From the NCBI GenBank assembly GCA_963779415.1, contig CAVZYA010000001.1, positions 416,001 to 480,000 of the forward strand: a stretch of 64,000 bases of DNA. Reading direction: 5' to 3'. The translations under genes and the position numbers were made by a program. The notes under the pieces were generated by a model. That model was given only the letters and a program-made list of their open reading frames with translations, did no database searches and was not told where the DNA came from. Of this stretch, positions 51,975-60,002 are shown piece by piece. Source of the DNA: an uncultured Acidobacteriota bacterium (GTDB lineage Bacteria > Acidobacteriota > Thermoanaerobaculia > UBA5066). How positions within the stretch are numbered: position 1 is the first letter of the stretch; the number at the start of each line of letters is the position of its first letter.

Positions 51975-52615
51975 GAGAGGATCCAGAGCATCCCGTGAAG
52001 GACGAGGTTGCTGACGGGAATCATGATCATGCGAAGAACTCCGGTGAACATCGCGACGAAGAGAATGAGGAACCCGTACCGCCGGAGCCAGGTGAGCGCC
52101 GGGTAGAGGCTCGGCGGCGCGAGGCTCTCGACGACCCCGAAGCCGTCGAGCGGCGGGATCGGGATCAGGTTGAAGACGCCGAGCGAGACGTTGACGACGA
52201 GGGCGGCCACCGCCACCTCGAAAATGCCGCTCCCCCGCTGTGTCCCGGCGGCCACCAGCCCCTTCAGAACGACCGCCGCTACGACGGCGAGAAGGAGGTT
52301 CGCGACGGGGCCGATCGCGGAGATCAGGAGATTCGCCCGCCGCGGGTTCGGAACGCCCCGGAGCGAGATCGGAACCGGGCGCGCCCAGCCGAAAACGGGA
52401 AGGCCGGAGATTGCCAGCAGGACCGGGAAGAGCAGGCTCCCGATCGGATCGAGGTGCTTGAGGGGGTTCAGGGTGATCCGCCCGAGGTCGCGCGCCGTCG
52501 TGTCCCCGCAGCGCAGGGCCATCCAGCCGTGAGCCGACTCGTGGAACGACACGGCGAACAGGAGAACGGCGATCTGGGTGACGATCTCGAGAACCTTCTC
52601 GGGGCTCAACGGCAC
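51971..52615 (-). CDS. Site-2 protease (M50, YwhC-like)
   Basis: HESAH, NPLKHLDPIG and FNLIPIPPLDG. Confidence 0.93.
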   Translation of the reverse strand: MPLSPEKVLEIVTQIAVLLFAVSFHESAHGWMALRCGDTTARDLGRITLNPLKHLDPIGSLLFPVLLAISGLPVFGWARPVPISLRGVPNPRRANLLISAIGPVANLLLAVVAAVVLKGLVAAGTQRGSGIFEVAVAALVVNVSLGVFNLIPIPPLDGFGVVESLAPPSLYPALTWLRRYGFLILFVAMFTGVLRMIMIPVSNLVLHGMLWILS

Positions 52616-52708
52616 TCCCCCGCGGCGGCCTCCCGGCGCGGCGCGCGGATGTTAGCAGGGGGTCGCCGACCTCACGGGCTCAGGACGGAGCCGGGGCACG
52701 CGGCGACG

Positions 52709-53833
52709 TTAGAACATGTAGATCGCGTTCAGCGCCACCGTCGGCTGCGTCTTCGACGTCTCTCCCCCCTTCTTCTCGAAAACGGGCCTGTCGGACCAGT
52801 CGATGCGGAGATCCGACCGGAACATGAAGTGACGGGAGACTTTCAGCTCCGGCGTCAGCGTGACCTCCTTCAGCTTCTGGGAGACGCCCGTCCGCGCTCC
52901 CTCCGGGTCGGCGAAATACTCGCCGCGAAGGCAGAGAGCGAAGAGCCCGCTCACCCCGAGGCGCGCGTAGCCGACGATGCCGGTCCAGGTGGCGAGCTCG
53001 CCGGGGACGACCGCCCCCCTTTCCGTCCCGTAAACGAGGTCGAGGCCGAAGACGGTCCGGTCGGAAAGCTTCCACTGCGCGACCAGCTCCCAGACCGTCC
53101 GTGGATCGCTGTTGACGTCCGTCCGTTCGGGTCCGGTGCAGAAATTCCCCGTCACAGACAGCAATCTGGAGGGCGTCCATGCGACCTGGCCCCCGACCGT
53201 CTTGGACGAGTTGTTGTCCTTCACGTTGTCCCAGCCGTTCGCGAGCATGACCATCCCCGCGAGCTGCTCGCTGAATGCGTAGCTCGCCCTGAGGCCGGTG
53301 TGCGTGTAGGGAATGGCGTAGCCGAAGGTGAACGAGTGGGTCGCGTTGTCGTTCGGCGTCTCCCACGACTCGATGTACTCGTAGTTGAAGTGCGTGATGG
53401 TCTTCCCGGCGTCGACTCTGAGGCCGCTCCCGAGGGGGATGACGTACGTCACGAAGACCTGCTTCAGGTCGAAGTCCTCCCCCTGAAAAAGCCCGTAGGA
53501 GGCCGATACGGGGGGGATCGAAGCCCCGGCCTCCGCGTCGACGCGGAAGCCGGCCTCTCCCGGATTCGTGGCCGCCTTCTGGAAGGTCAGCTCGGCGACG
53601 TCGATCTTGAAGGAGTTGTCGTCGAAGTCGAAGACGCGGTACTGGTTCGTCCGGGAGTCAGGACGGTTCGTGTTGTATGAATAGGAGACCGAGACGAAGC
53701 CGTTCAGAGCGATCTCGTCGTACCACGGGGTCGGCGTCGGCGCCGGGGACGGAGCCTGTGCCGCAACCGGTTCGGCGGCGAATATGGCGACCAGGAACGC
53801 GAGGAAAAGAGCGTTCCTCGGTCGGGAGATCAT
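52709..53833 (-). CDS. Outer-membrane beta-barrel porin (BBP2/OmpL-like)
   Basis: Signal peptide; GK..T...YE, P..HTG.R and NGWD; amphipathic strands; terminal Y-x-F. Confidence 0.85.
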   Translation of the reverse strand: MISRPRNALFLAFLVAIFAAEPVAAQAPSPAPTPTPWYDEIALNGFVSVSYSYNTNRPDSRTNQYRVFDFDDNSFKIDVAELTFQKAATNPGEAGFRVDAEAGASIPPVSASYGLFQGEDFDLKQVFVTYVIPLGSGLRVDAGKTITHFNYEYIESWETPNDNATHSFTFGYAIPYTHTGLRASYAFSEQLAGMVMLANGWDNVKDNNSSKTVGGQVAWTPSRLLSVTGNFCTGPERTDVNSDPRTVWELVAQWKLSDRTVFGLDLVYGTERGAVVPGELATWTGIVGYARLGVSGLFALCLRGEYFADPEGARTGVSQKLKEVTLTPELKVSRHFMFRSDLRIDWSDRPVFEKKGGETSKTQPTVALNAIYMF

Positions 53834-53898
53834 CGGGAGACTCCTTGCAGAAGTGGCCCTCCGGGGAGGGTCCCGTGGAGACGCTTGCCGGCGGGACG

Positions 53899-54264
53899 CT
53901 AGCTTCTCTGGACGACGTGGATCGGCGTGACCGCCTCGCGGTCGGTCTCCCCCGTCCGGATCCTCACGACCTTCTCGACGGGCGTCACGAAGATCTTCCC
54001 GTCTCCGACCTGGCCTGTCCGGGCCGCCTTCACGATGGCCTCGATCGTGATGTCGACGAAGGACTCCGACACCCCGATGTCGAACCGGATCTTGTCGTGA
54101 AACTCGTAGACGAGAGGGTGGCCCCGGTAGCTCTCGAGCACCGTCTTCTCGCCGCCGTGCCCGGAGACCCGGCTGATCGTCAGCCCCTCCACTTCGGCGG
54201 CGAAGAGCGCGGCCTTCACGTCTTCCAGCTTCTCGGGCCGGACGATCGCGGTGATCATCTTCAT
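53899..54264 (-). CDS. glnK: P-II nitrogen regulatory protein
   Basis: AIVRPEKL, YRG, TGQVGDGKIFV and RIRTGE; adjacent to amtB. Confidence 0.93.
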   Translation of the reverse strand: MKMITAIVRPEKLEDVKAALFAAEVEGLTISRVSGHGGEKTVLESYRGHPLVYEFHDKIRFDIGVSESFVDITIEAIVKAARTGQVGDGKIFVTPVEKVVRIRTGETDREAVTPIHVVQRS

Positions 54265-54277
54265 GGGGCTCCTCCTC

Positions 54278-55866
54278 TCACTTGCCGCCGGCCGGGGCCG
54301 GCTTCAGGCCGGCCGCCGGAACCGTGGCGCTCATGCTCGCGAAGACGGGGAAATGAACCGGAGACCCCTCGCCGGGATAGGCCGGCGCCGACACTTCGTT
54401 GTAGTCGAGCCCCTGAAGCTCCTGCTCCGGCGACACCCGCATCCCGACCGTGAGGTCGAGGAGCTTGAAGAGGGCGTAGCTGGCGAGGCCGACCCACAGG
54501 AGGTTCGCGCCGATCCCGATGATCTGGGCGGCGAGCTGCTTCGCGTCTCCGTAGAGAAGCCCCGCCACGCCGGCCTCCGGCCCTCCGTTCAGGCCTCCGC
54601 CGTACGTTCCGTCCGCAAAGAGGCCGAGAGCGATGAGGCCCCACGCCCCGTTGAAGCCATGAACGGCGATCGCGCCGACGGGGTCGTCGATCTTCAGCGT
54701 GTTCTCGACGAAGAGGGCGGCCCAGACGACGAGGACGCCGGCGACGGCCCCGATGAGAACGGCTGCCGGCGCAGTGACGAAGGCGCAGGGAGCCGTAATG
54801 GCGACGAGCCCCGCGAGCATTCCGTTGACGCTCATCGAGGGATCGGGCCGGCCGTACTTCTTCCACGTGACGAGAAACGCGAGAAAGGCGCCCGCGGCGG
54901 AAGCCAGCATCGTGTTCGTGGCGACGACGGAGATCCGGAGATCCGTTCCGGCGAGAGTCGAGCCGGCGTTGAACCCGAACCAGCCGAAGGCGAGGACGAA
55001 GCAGCCGAGGACGGCCATGGGGAGGTTGTGACCGGGAATGGCCTGCGCCTGGCCCTTGACGTATTTCCCCATTCGGGGCCCGAGGACGAGCGCCCCCGTG
55101 AACGCCATGACGCCACCGGTCAGATGAACGACGCCGGAGCCCGCGAAGTCGACGTACCCGTGCCCGAGCCCTGCGAACTTGCCGAGCGTCGATAGCCAGC
55201 CGCCGCCCCACGCCCAGCAGCCGAAGAGCGGGTAGATGAGCGCCGACGCGACGAGGCTGTAGATGACGAAAGCCGAGAGCTTCCACCGTTCCGCCATGGC
55301 GCCCGTCGGGATCGTGAGGGCCGTGTCCATGAAGACCATCTGGAAGAGAAAGATGCAGAACGCCGACACGTCGTAGGCCGGGCCGGTCAGGAAGAATCCC
55401 TTCCCCCGAAGAGCCCCCAGAGGTTTCCCGCGATCGTCGGCCCGAGGAGGGTCGCGAGCCCTTCCGGCGCCGACACCGACGCTCCGATCGGAGCGCCCGA
55501 TCCTCCCATCTGCAGAGCGAAGCCCGCCGCCCAGAAGCCCAGGATGCCGAGCGCGTAGACCATGAAGTTCATCGTCATCGTGTGGGCCGCGTTCTTGGCC
55601 CGCGTGAATCCCGTCTCCGCGAGCGCGAATCCGGCCTGCATGAACATGACGAGGAAGCCGGCGACGAGCGTCCAGACGAAGTTCAGCGAGACGCGCGTCT
55701 GCCCGACGGCCGCCCCGATCTCCTCGAGGGTCGGCTTTCCGGCCACCTTCGCGGGAACGTTGGCGATACCACCGGTATTCGCCCCGGACGGGTCGGAAGC
55801 CAGGACCGCCCACGTCGTCGCCAGCAATCCGAACAGGACCAGCGCCGGTAACAGTTTCCGTCTCAT
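54278..55866 (-). CDS. amtB: Ammonium transporter, with a one-base deficit in a G5 run at 55403-55407
   Basis: FMQAGFA.E.G, GAMAER, DFAGSGVVH, GWFGFN and DDPVGAIAVHG; both pore histidines are present, split over two frames. Confidence 0.93.
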
Positions 55867-55915
55867 ACGTCGATACTCCTTTCGGCGGCGAGCACGCCGG
55901 CGTTGCGCGCCGAGG

Positions 55916-55932
55916 AGCAGAAGGCGTGCCGG
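55916..55932 (-). promoter_or_regulatory. Sigma54 -24/-12 promoter of amtB-glnK-porin
   Basis: CCGGCACGCCTTCTGCT: GG-N10-GC with a GGCACG core, 50 nt upstream of the amtB ATG. Confidence 0.75.
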
Positions 55933-56096
55933 ACCAGCGGTCTCCGGGAGATCGACACGGAAGTCGCTGGGCCCTCTCGCGTTGAGTCTCCGAGAAAGGG
56001 AGGGGCCTCGAAGAAGATACCAGACAGAATTGTCGCCTTGAAATGGCTCTTCGCCATTTCTGTATGATATTTTCGAAAATCAGAACATTTCTGTCG

Positions 56097-58199
56097 TTAA
56101 TCAGCCGGTGGCAGAGCCGAGGCGCTGAGGAAGAGCGGGGCGCGGAACGCGGCGTCCTCGCCGGATGCGATGAGGCGCGCCGCCTCCTTCCGCGCCACTT
56201 GAAGGAGCGCCCCGTCCCGGACGAGGTCGGCCACCCGGAAGAGCGGAAGGCCGCTCTGCCGCGTCCCGAGGAAGTCGCCCGGCCCCCTCCGCGCGAGGTC
56301 TTCCTCGGCCACGACGAAGCCGTCCTCCGTCCTCTCGAGGACGGCGAGACGCTCGCGAGACTCGGCCGAGGTCGTGCGCCCGAAGAGGAAGACGCAGCGG
56401 GACGGCCTCGGCCCCCGTCCGACGCGCCCCCGGAGCTGGTGGAGCTGGGCGAGGCCGAAGCGCTCGGCATTCTCGACGGCCATGTAGGAGGCGTTCGTCA
56501 CGTCGACCCCGACCTCGATGACGGTCGTCGCGGCGAGGATGTCGAGCGTCCCGGCGGCAAAGGCCGCCATGGCGGTCTCGCGCTCCTCCGCGGGCATCCG
56601 CCCGTGGACGACCCCGACGCGCCGGCCGGGGAGAGCACGCCGGATCTCCTCCGCGTGCTTCTCGACGGCCGCCGCCTCGATGACGTCCGACTCCTCGATC
56701 AGCGGCACGACGACGTACGCCTGGCCGCCGCCCGCCACCTCGGCTGCGATCTCGGCGAAGACCCTCTTCCGCTCGGACTCCGGGAGAACCCGCGTCGCCA
56801 CCGGGGTCCGCCCCGGCGGCTTCTCGTCGAGAGTCGAGACGTCGAGGTCCCCGTAGAGCGTCAGAGCGAGGGAGCGCGGGATCGGGGTGGCCGACATGAC
56901 GAGGAGGTGCGGAACGACTCCCCCGTCGCCGGACGCCTTCGCCGCGAGAGCAGACCGTTGCGCGACGCCGAAACGGTGCTGCTCGTCGATGACGATCAGT
57001 CCGAGGCGATGGAACGCCACCGGCGCTTCGAGGAGGGCATGCGTCCCGACGAGGAGGTCGATCCGTCCGCCGGCGAGCTGGTCGAGGAGCGTGGCCCGGG
57101 GACGACCGCGGACGCGTCCGGTCAGGAGCGCCGGGACGAATCGCGTCCCCCGGAGCCGCTCGAAGACCTGCCGTGCGTGCTGCTCGGCGAGAAGCTCCGT
57201 CGGCGCCATGAAGACCGTCTGGTAGCCGTGTTCCGCCGCGAGGACCGCCGCGAGGACGGCGACGATCGTCTTGCCGCTCCCGACGTCTCCCTGAAGGAGC
57301 CGCCGCATCGGGCGCCCCGACCGGAAGTCTTCCCCGATCTCCCGGATCGCGCGCCGCTGGGCGCCGGTGAGGGAAAAAGGCAATACCGCGCGGAGCCGCT
57401 CGCGGATCGCCTCGTCCGGGACGAGCCGGGGCCCCGCCACGGCGGAGCGCTCGGCGCGTCTCCGGAGGAGCGCGACCTGAAGCTCGAGAAACTCCTCGAG
57501 GACGAGGCGGGAGAGATGCGGCGAGGTCCGGTCCAAGAAGGGCTCCGGCTCGGCCGGTGCGCCCGTGCTTCCCGGGAAGTGGGCTTCGCGGAGCGAAGCC
57601 GGGAGCGGAGGGAGCCTCAGGCTTCGGGCGAGATCGGGAGGCATCCGGTCCGGCAGACGGTCCCCCAGCTCGTCGAGGAGCCGTGCGGCGAGGCGTCTGC
57701 GGGCTCGGGGCGGCAGGCCGGGGAGCTTCCGGTAGATCGGAACCACGCGCCCGACCGAGAGCGGATCTCCCTCTCCGTCGTCCGCCTCGTACTGGGGGTT
57801 CATCAGGACGAGGCCGCGCTTTCCCCGCGCCGGCACCTCCGGCCTCCCGAAGACCCAGACCCGGCGGCCCGCCGTCAGGACGCGCGCGAGGTAGGGCTGG
57901 TTGAAGAAGACGAGCCGGATGGAGCCGGTCCCGTCGTCGAGGAGCGCCTCGAAGATCGTGAAGCCGGGGCGCCGGGTCCGGATGAGCCGCGCGGAGAGAA
58001 TCGTTCCGTAAAGCGTCGCCGGCGGTGCTTCCGCCGAGAGGTCGCGGATCGGGACGGAGCGCGTCCGGTCCTCGTAGCGGAACGGCAGGTGCAGGAGAAG
58101 GTCGAGGGCCGTCTCGACGCCCGCGGCCGAGAGTTCCTTCGCCGTCCGGGCCGTGACGCCCGGGAGCTTCGCGACCGGCTCGAGGGGCGAGAGGTCGAT
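56097..58199 (-). CDS. recG: ATP-dependent DNA helicase RecG; proposed ATC start
   Basis: N-terminal LPGV..DLLLHLPFRYEDR, QGDVGSGKT, DEQHRFG, SATPIPR, QLRGRVGRG and RGPGDFLG.RQSG. Confidence 0.95.
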   Translation of the reverse strand: MDLSPLEPVAKLPGVTARTAKELSAAGVETALDLLLHLPFRYEDRTRSVPIRDLSAEAPPATLYGTILSARLIRTRRPGFTIFEALLDDGTGSIRLVFFNQPYLARVLTAGRRVWVFGRPEVPARGKRGLVLMNPQYEADDGEGDPLSVGRVVPIYRKLPGLPPRARRRLAARLLDELGDRLPDRMPPDLARSLRLPPLPASLREAHFPGSTGAPAEPEPFLDRTSPHLSRLVLEEFLELQVALLRRRAERSAVAGPRLVPDEAIRERLRAVLPFSLTGAQRRAIREIGEDFRSGRPMRRLLQGDVGSGKTIVAVLAAVLAAEHGYQTVFMAPTELLAEQHARQVFERLRGTRFVPALLTGRVRGRPRATLLDQLAGGRIDLLVGTHALLEAPVAFHRLGLIVIDEQHRFGVAQRSALAAKASGDGGVVPHLLVMSATPIPRSLALTLYGDLDVSTLDEKPPGRTPVATRVLPESERKRVFAEIAAEVAGGGQAYVVVPLIEESDVIEAAAVEKHAEEIRRALPGRRVGVVHGRMPAEERETAMAAFAAGTLDILAATTVIEVGVDVTNASYMAVENAERFGLAQLHQLRGRVGRGPRPSRCVFLFGRTTSAESRERLAVLERTEDGFVVAEEDLARRGPGDFLGTRQSGLPLFRVADLVRDGALLQVARKEAARLIASGEDAAFRAPLFLSASALPPAD

Positions 58200-58206
58200 G
58201 GGCGCC

Positions 58207-58995
58207 CTAGCCGCGCTTGGCGCGGAACGTCATGTCGACGAGGCCGAATCGGAGGCGGTCGCCGTCCTTGATCGTGGCCGGCTGTCCCGTCTGGATCCGC
58301 GCTCCGTTCACGAAGGTCCCGTTCATCGTCCCGATCTCCTCGACGACGAAGAAGCTGGACCCCGACCGCGTGATCTTGGCGTGCCGGCGCGAGACCGACC
58401 GCTGGTTGTCGAGCGGCGCCAGATCGACGTCGGGCCGGATCCCGGTGACCGGGTCGATCCGGCCGACCGTCGTCTCGTCCTCGCTCGAGAGAAAGAACTC
58501 CTCCCCCGACTCCGCCACGACGCGATGCGTCCGGTGTTTCCCCGAGCCCGATGCGGACGCGACCGAGACCTCCGACGCCTCGTCGAGGGCGGGGGCCATC
58601 CCGGTCGTCTCCTCGAGCAGCTTCGTCATCTCCCGGAGGCGTCGCGAGAGCTTGCGCAGCATCCGGACGGCGATCTCCGTGTTGTGTCGGAGCATCTCGT
58701 CGAAGGTCGACTGGCCGATCTTGATCAGCTCGCAGTCGGTCTTCGCCCGTGCCGTCGCCGAGCGAGGCACGTCCTCCAGAATCGACATCTCGCCGAAGAA
58801 GTCCCCCTTCTCGAGGGTGGCGAGGACCTTCAGGTCGTTCTTGCGCGTCTTCTTGACGAGCTCCACGGTCCCCGACTGGATGACGAACATCTCGGAGCCG
58901 AGGTCGCCTTCCTCGAAGACCACCTGCCCCGCGGCGACCTTGGCCTGGAAATCCTGGAACCCGGACGGCTGGCCGGACTTGAGGACGACTTTCAC
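58207..58995 (-). CDS. cNMP-binding plus FHA domain protein
   Basis: GDFFGEM..RSATARA phosphate-binding cassette; FHA motifs VGR, VSRRHA and NGTFVNG. Confidence 0.9.
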   Translation of the reverse strand: MKVVLKSGQPSGFQDFQAKVAAGQVVFEEGDLGSEMFVIQSGTVELVKKTRKNDLKVLATLEKGDFFGEMSILEDVPRSATARAKTDCELIKIGQSTFDEMLRHNTEIAVRMLRKLSRRLREMTKLLEETTGMAPALDEASEVSVASASGSGKHRTHRVVAESGEEFFLSSEDETTVGRIDPVTGIRPDVDLAPLDNQRSVSRRHAKITRSGSSFFVVEEIGTMNGTFVNGARIQTGQPATIKDGDRLRFGLVDMTFRAKRG

Positions 58996-59101
58996 GCGAC
59001 GATCTCCATACCGCGCAGTTTAGCCAATCGCCCGGCGACCCGGAGCGTCACGAGCCTCCGGTCGATCCGGCATGCCTCGGGCCTCGGGCGGCGAAGCGGC
59101 A

Positions 59102-59557
59102 TCAGGAGATCCGGTTCTTCGGGTCACTGAACCAGCGCTCCCAGTCGGCGAGGCCGAGCGACGGAGCCGGCTTCTCGGCGCGCCCTTCCGGCGACGAGGC
59201 GAGGCGCGCCGAAGCGTCGCTCGCGAAAAATCCGATTCCGGCCGTCCGGGCGCCGGCCGACGCGGCCTCGGTCGCCAGGATCCGGTCGTCCGTGACGACG
59301 GTGACGCCGCGAGGATCCCGCGCCTCGCGGATCCGGCGGATGATCTCCTCGTCGGCCGATCGAGGCGCGGCGAAGACGACGGTGACGTTTCCGAACGACT
59401 GTACCTTGGGACGCCCCGGGTCCGGCGGCCCGTCGAAGACGACGGTCAGGTTCTTCCGCTTCCGGCGGGCCACGTCGCACAGCTCCGAGACGAGCCCGTC
59501 CCGGCTCCCGCCTCCCAGCCGTCCGATCAGGTTGTTGCCGTCGACGAGATCCGCCAC
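59102..59557 (-). CDS. NYN/PIN-domain nuclease (YacP/Rae1-like)
   Basis: VDGNN, VFDG, SADEEI and VTDDR acidic motifs. Confidence 0.85.
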   Translation of the reverse strand: MADLVDGNNLIGRLGGGSRDGLVSELCDVARRKRKNLTVVFDGPPDPGRPKVQSFGNVTVVFAAPRSADEEIIRRIREARDPRGVTVVTDDRILATEAASAGARTAGIGFFASDASARLASSPEGRAEKPAPSLGLADWERWFSDPKNRIS

Positions 59558-59574
59558 GGGGAGGATTCTAAAGA

Positions 59575-59985
59575 AAGGACCCGGGCCGGACGGTAAGCCG
59601 GATTCCGTCGCCGGTCGGCTCGCGCCTTCCGGCTGGCGATCATTCCTCCAGGCCCTCCCTTCCGGGAGGGCTCAAGCGGCCTACCCGGCGACGTCGGCCT
59701 CGCGGCCGCGGGAGCGGGCGTCCCTGCCGTCGCCCTATTTGGCCTTGCTCCGCGTGGGGTTTGGCCTGCCAGCGCCGTTGCCGGTGCCGCGGTGCGCTCT
59801 TACCGCACCTTTTCACCCTTGCCCCGGCGCCCGAAGGCGCCGTGGCGGTATCTTTTCTGTGCCACTTTCCTTCGGGTTGCCCCGACCGGGATTTCCCCGG
59901 CACGCTGCCCGCTGGAGTCCGGACTTTCCTCCCCTCCTCTGGCCGAAGCCTCGGGAGCGGCGATCGCCTGTCCGGCCCGAGTCCC
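59575..59985 (-). ncRNA. rnpB: RNase P RNA (type A)
   Basis: GAGGAAAGTCCGGACTCC, GGAAAGTGGCACAGAAA, GGTGAAAAGGTGCGGTAAGAGCGCACC and GAATCCGGCTTA; P1 helix GGACTCGGGCCGG / CCGGCCCGGGTCC. Confidence 0.96.
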
Positions 59986-60002
59986 TGCGAGGATACGCTC
60001 CT

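Noticed and set aside
32101-58199. recJ, priA, recG and scpAB clustered near the terminus as a fork-fusion module
   Set aside because: They are spread over 26 kb among unrelated housekeeping genes in conventional neighbourhoods; no evidence beyond coincidence.
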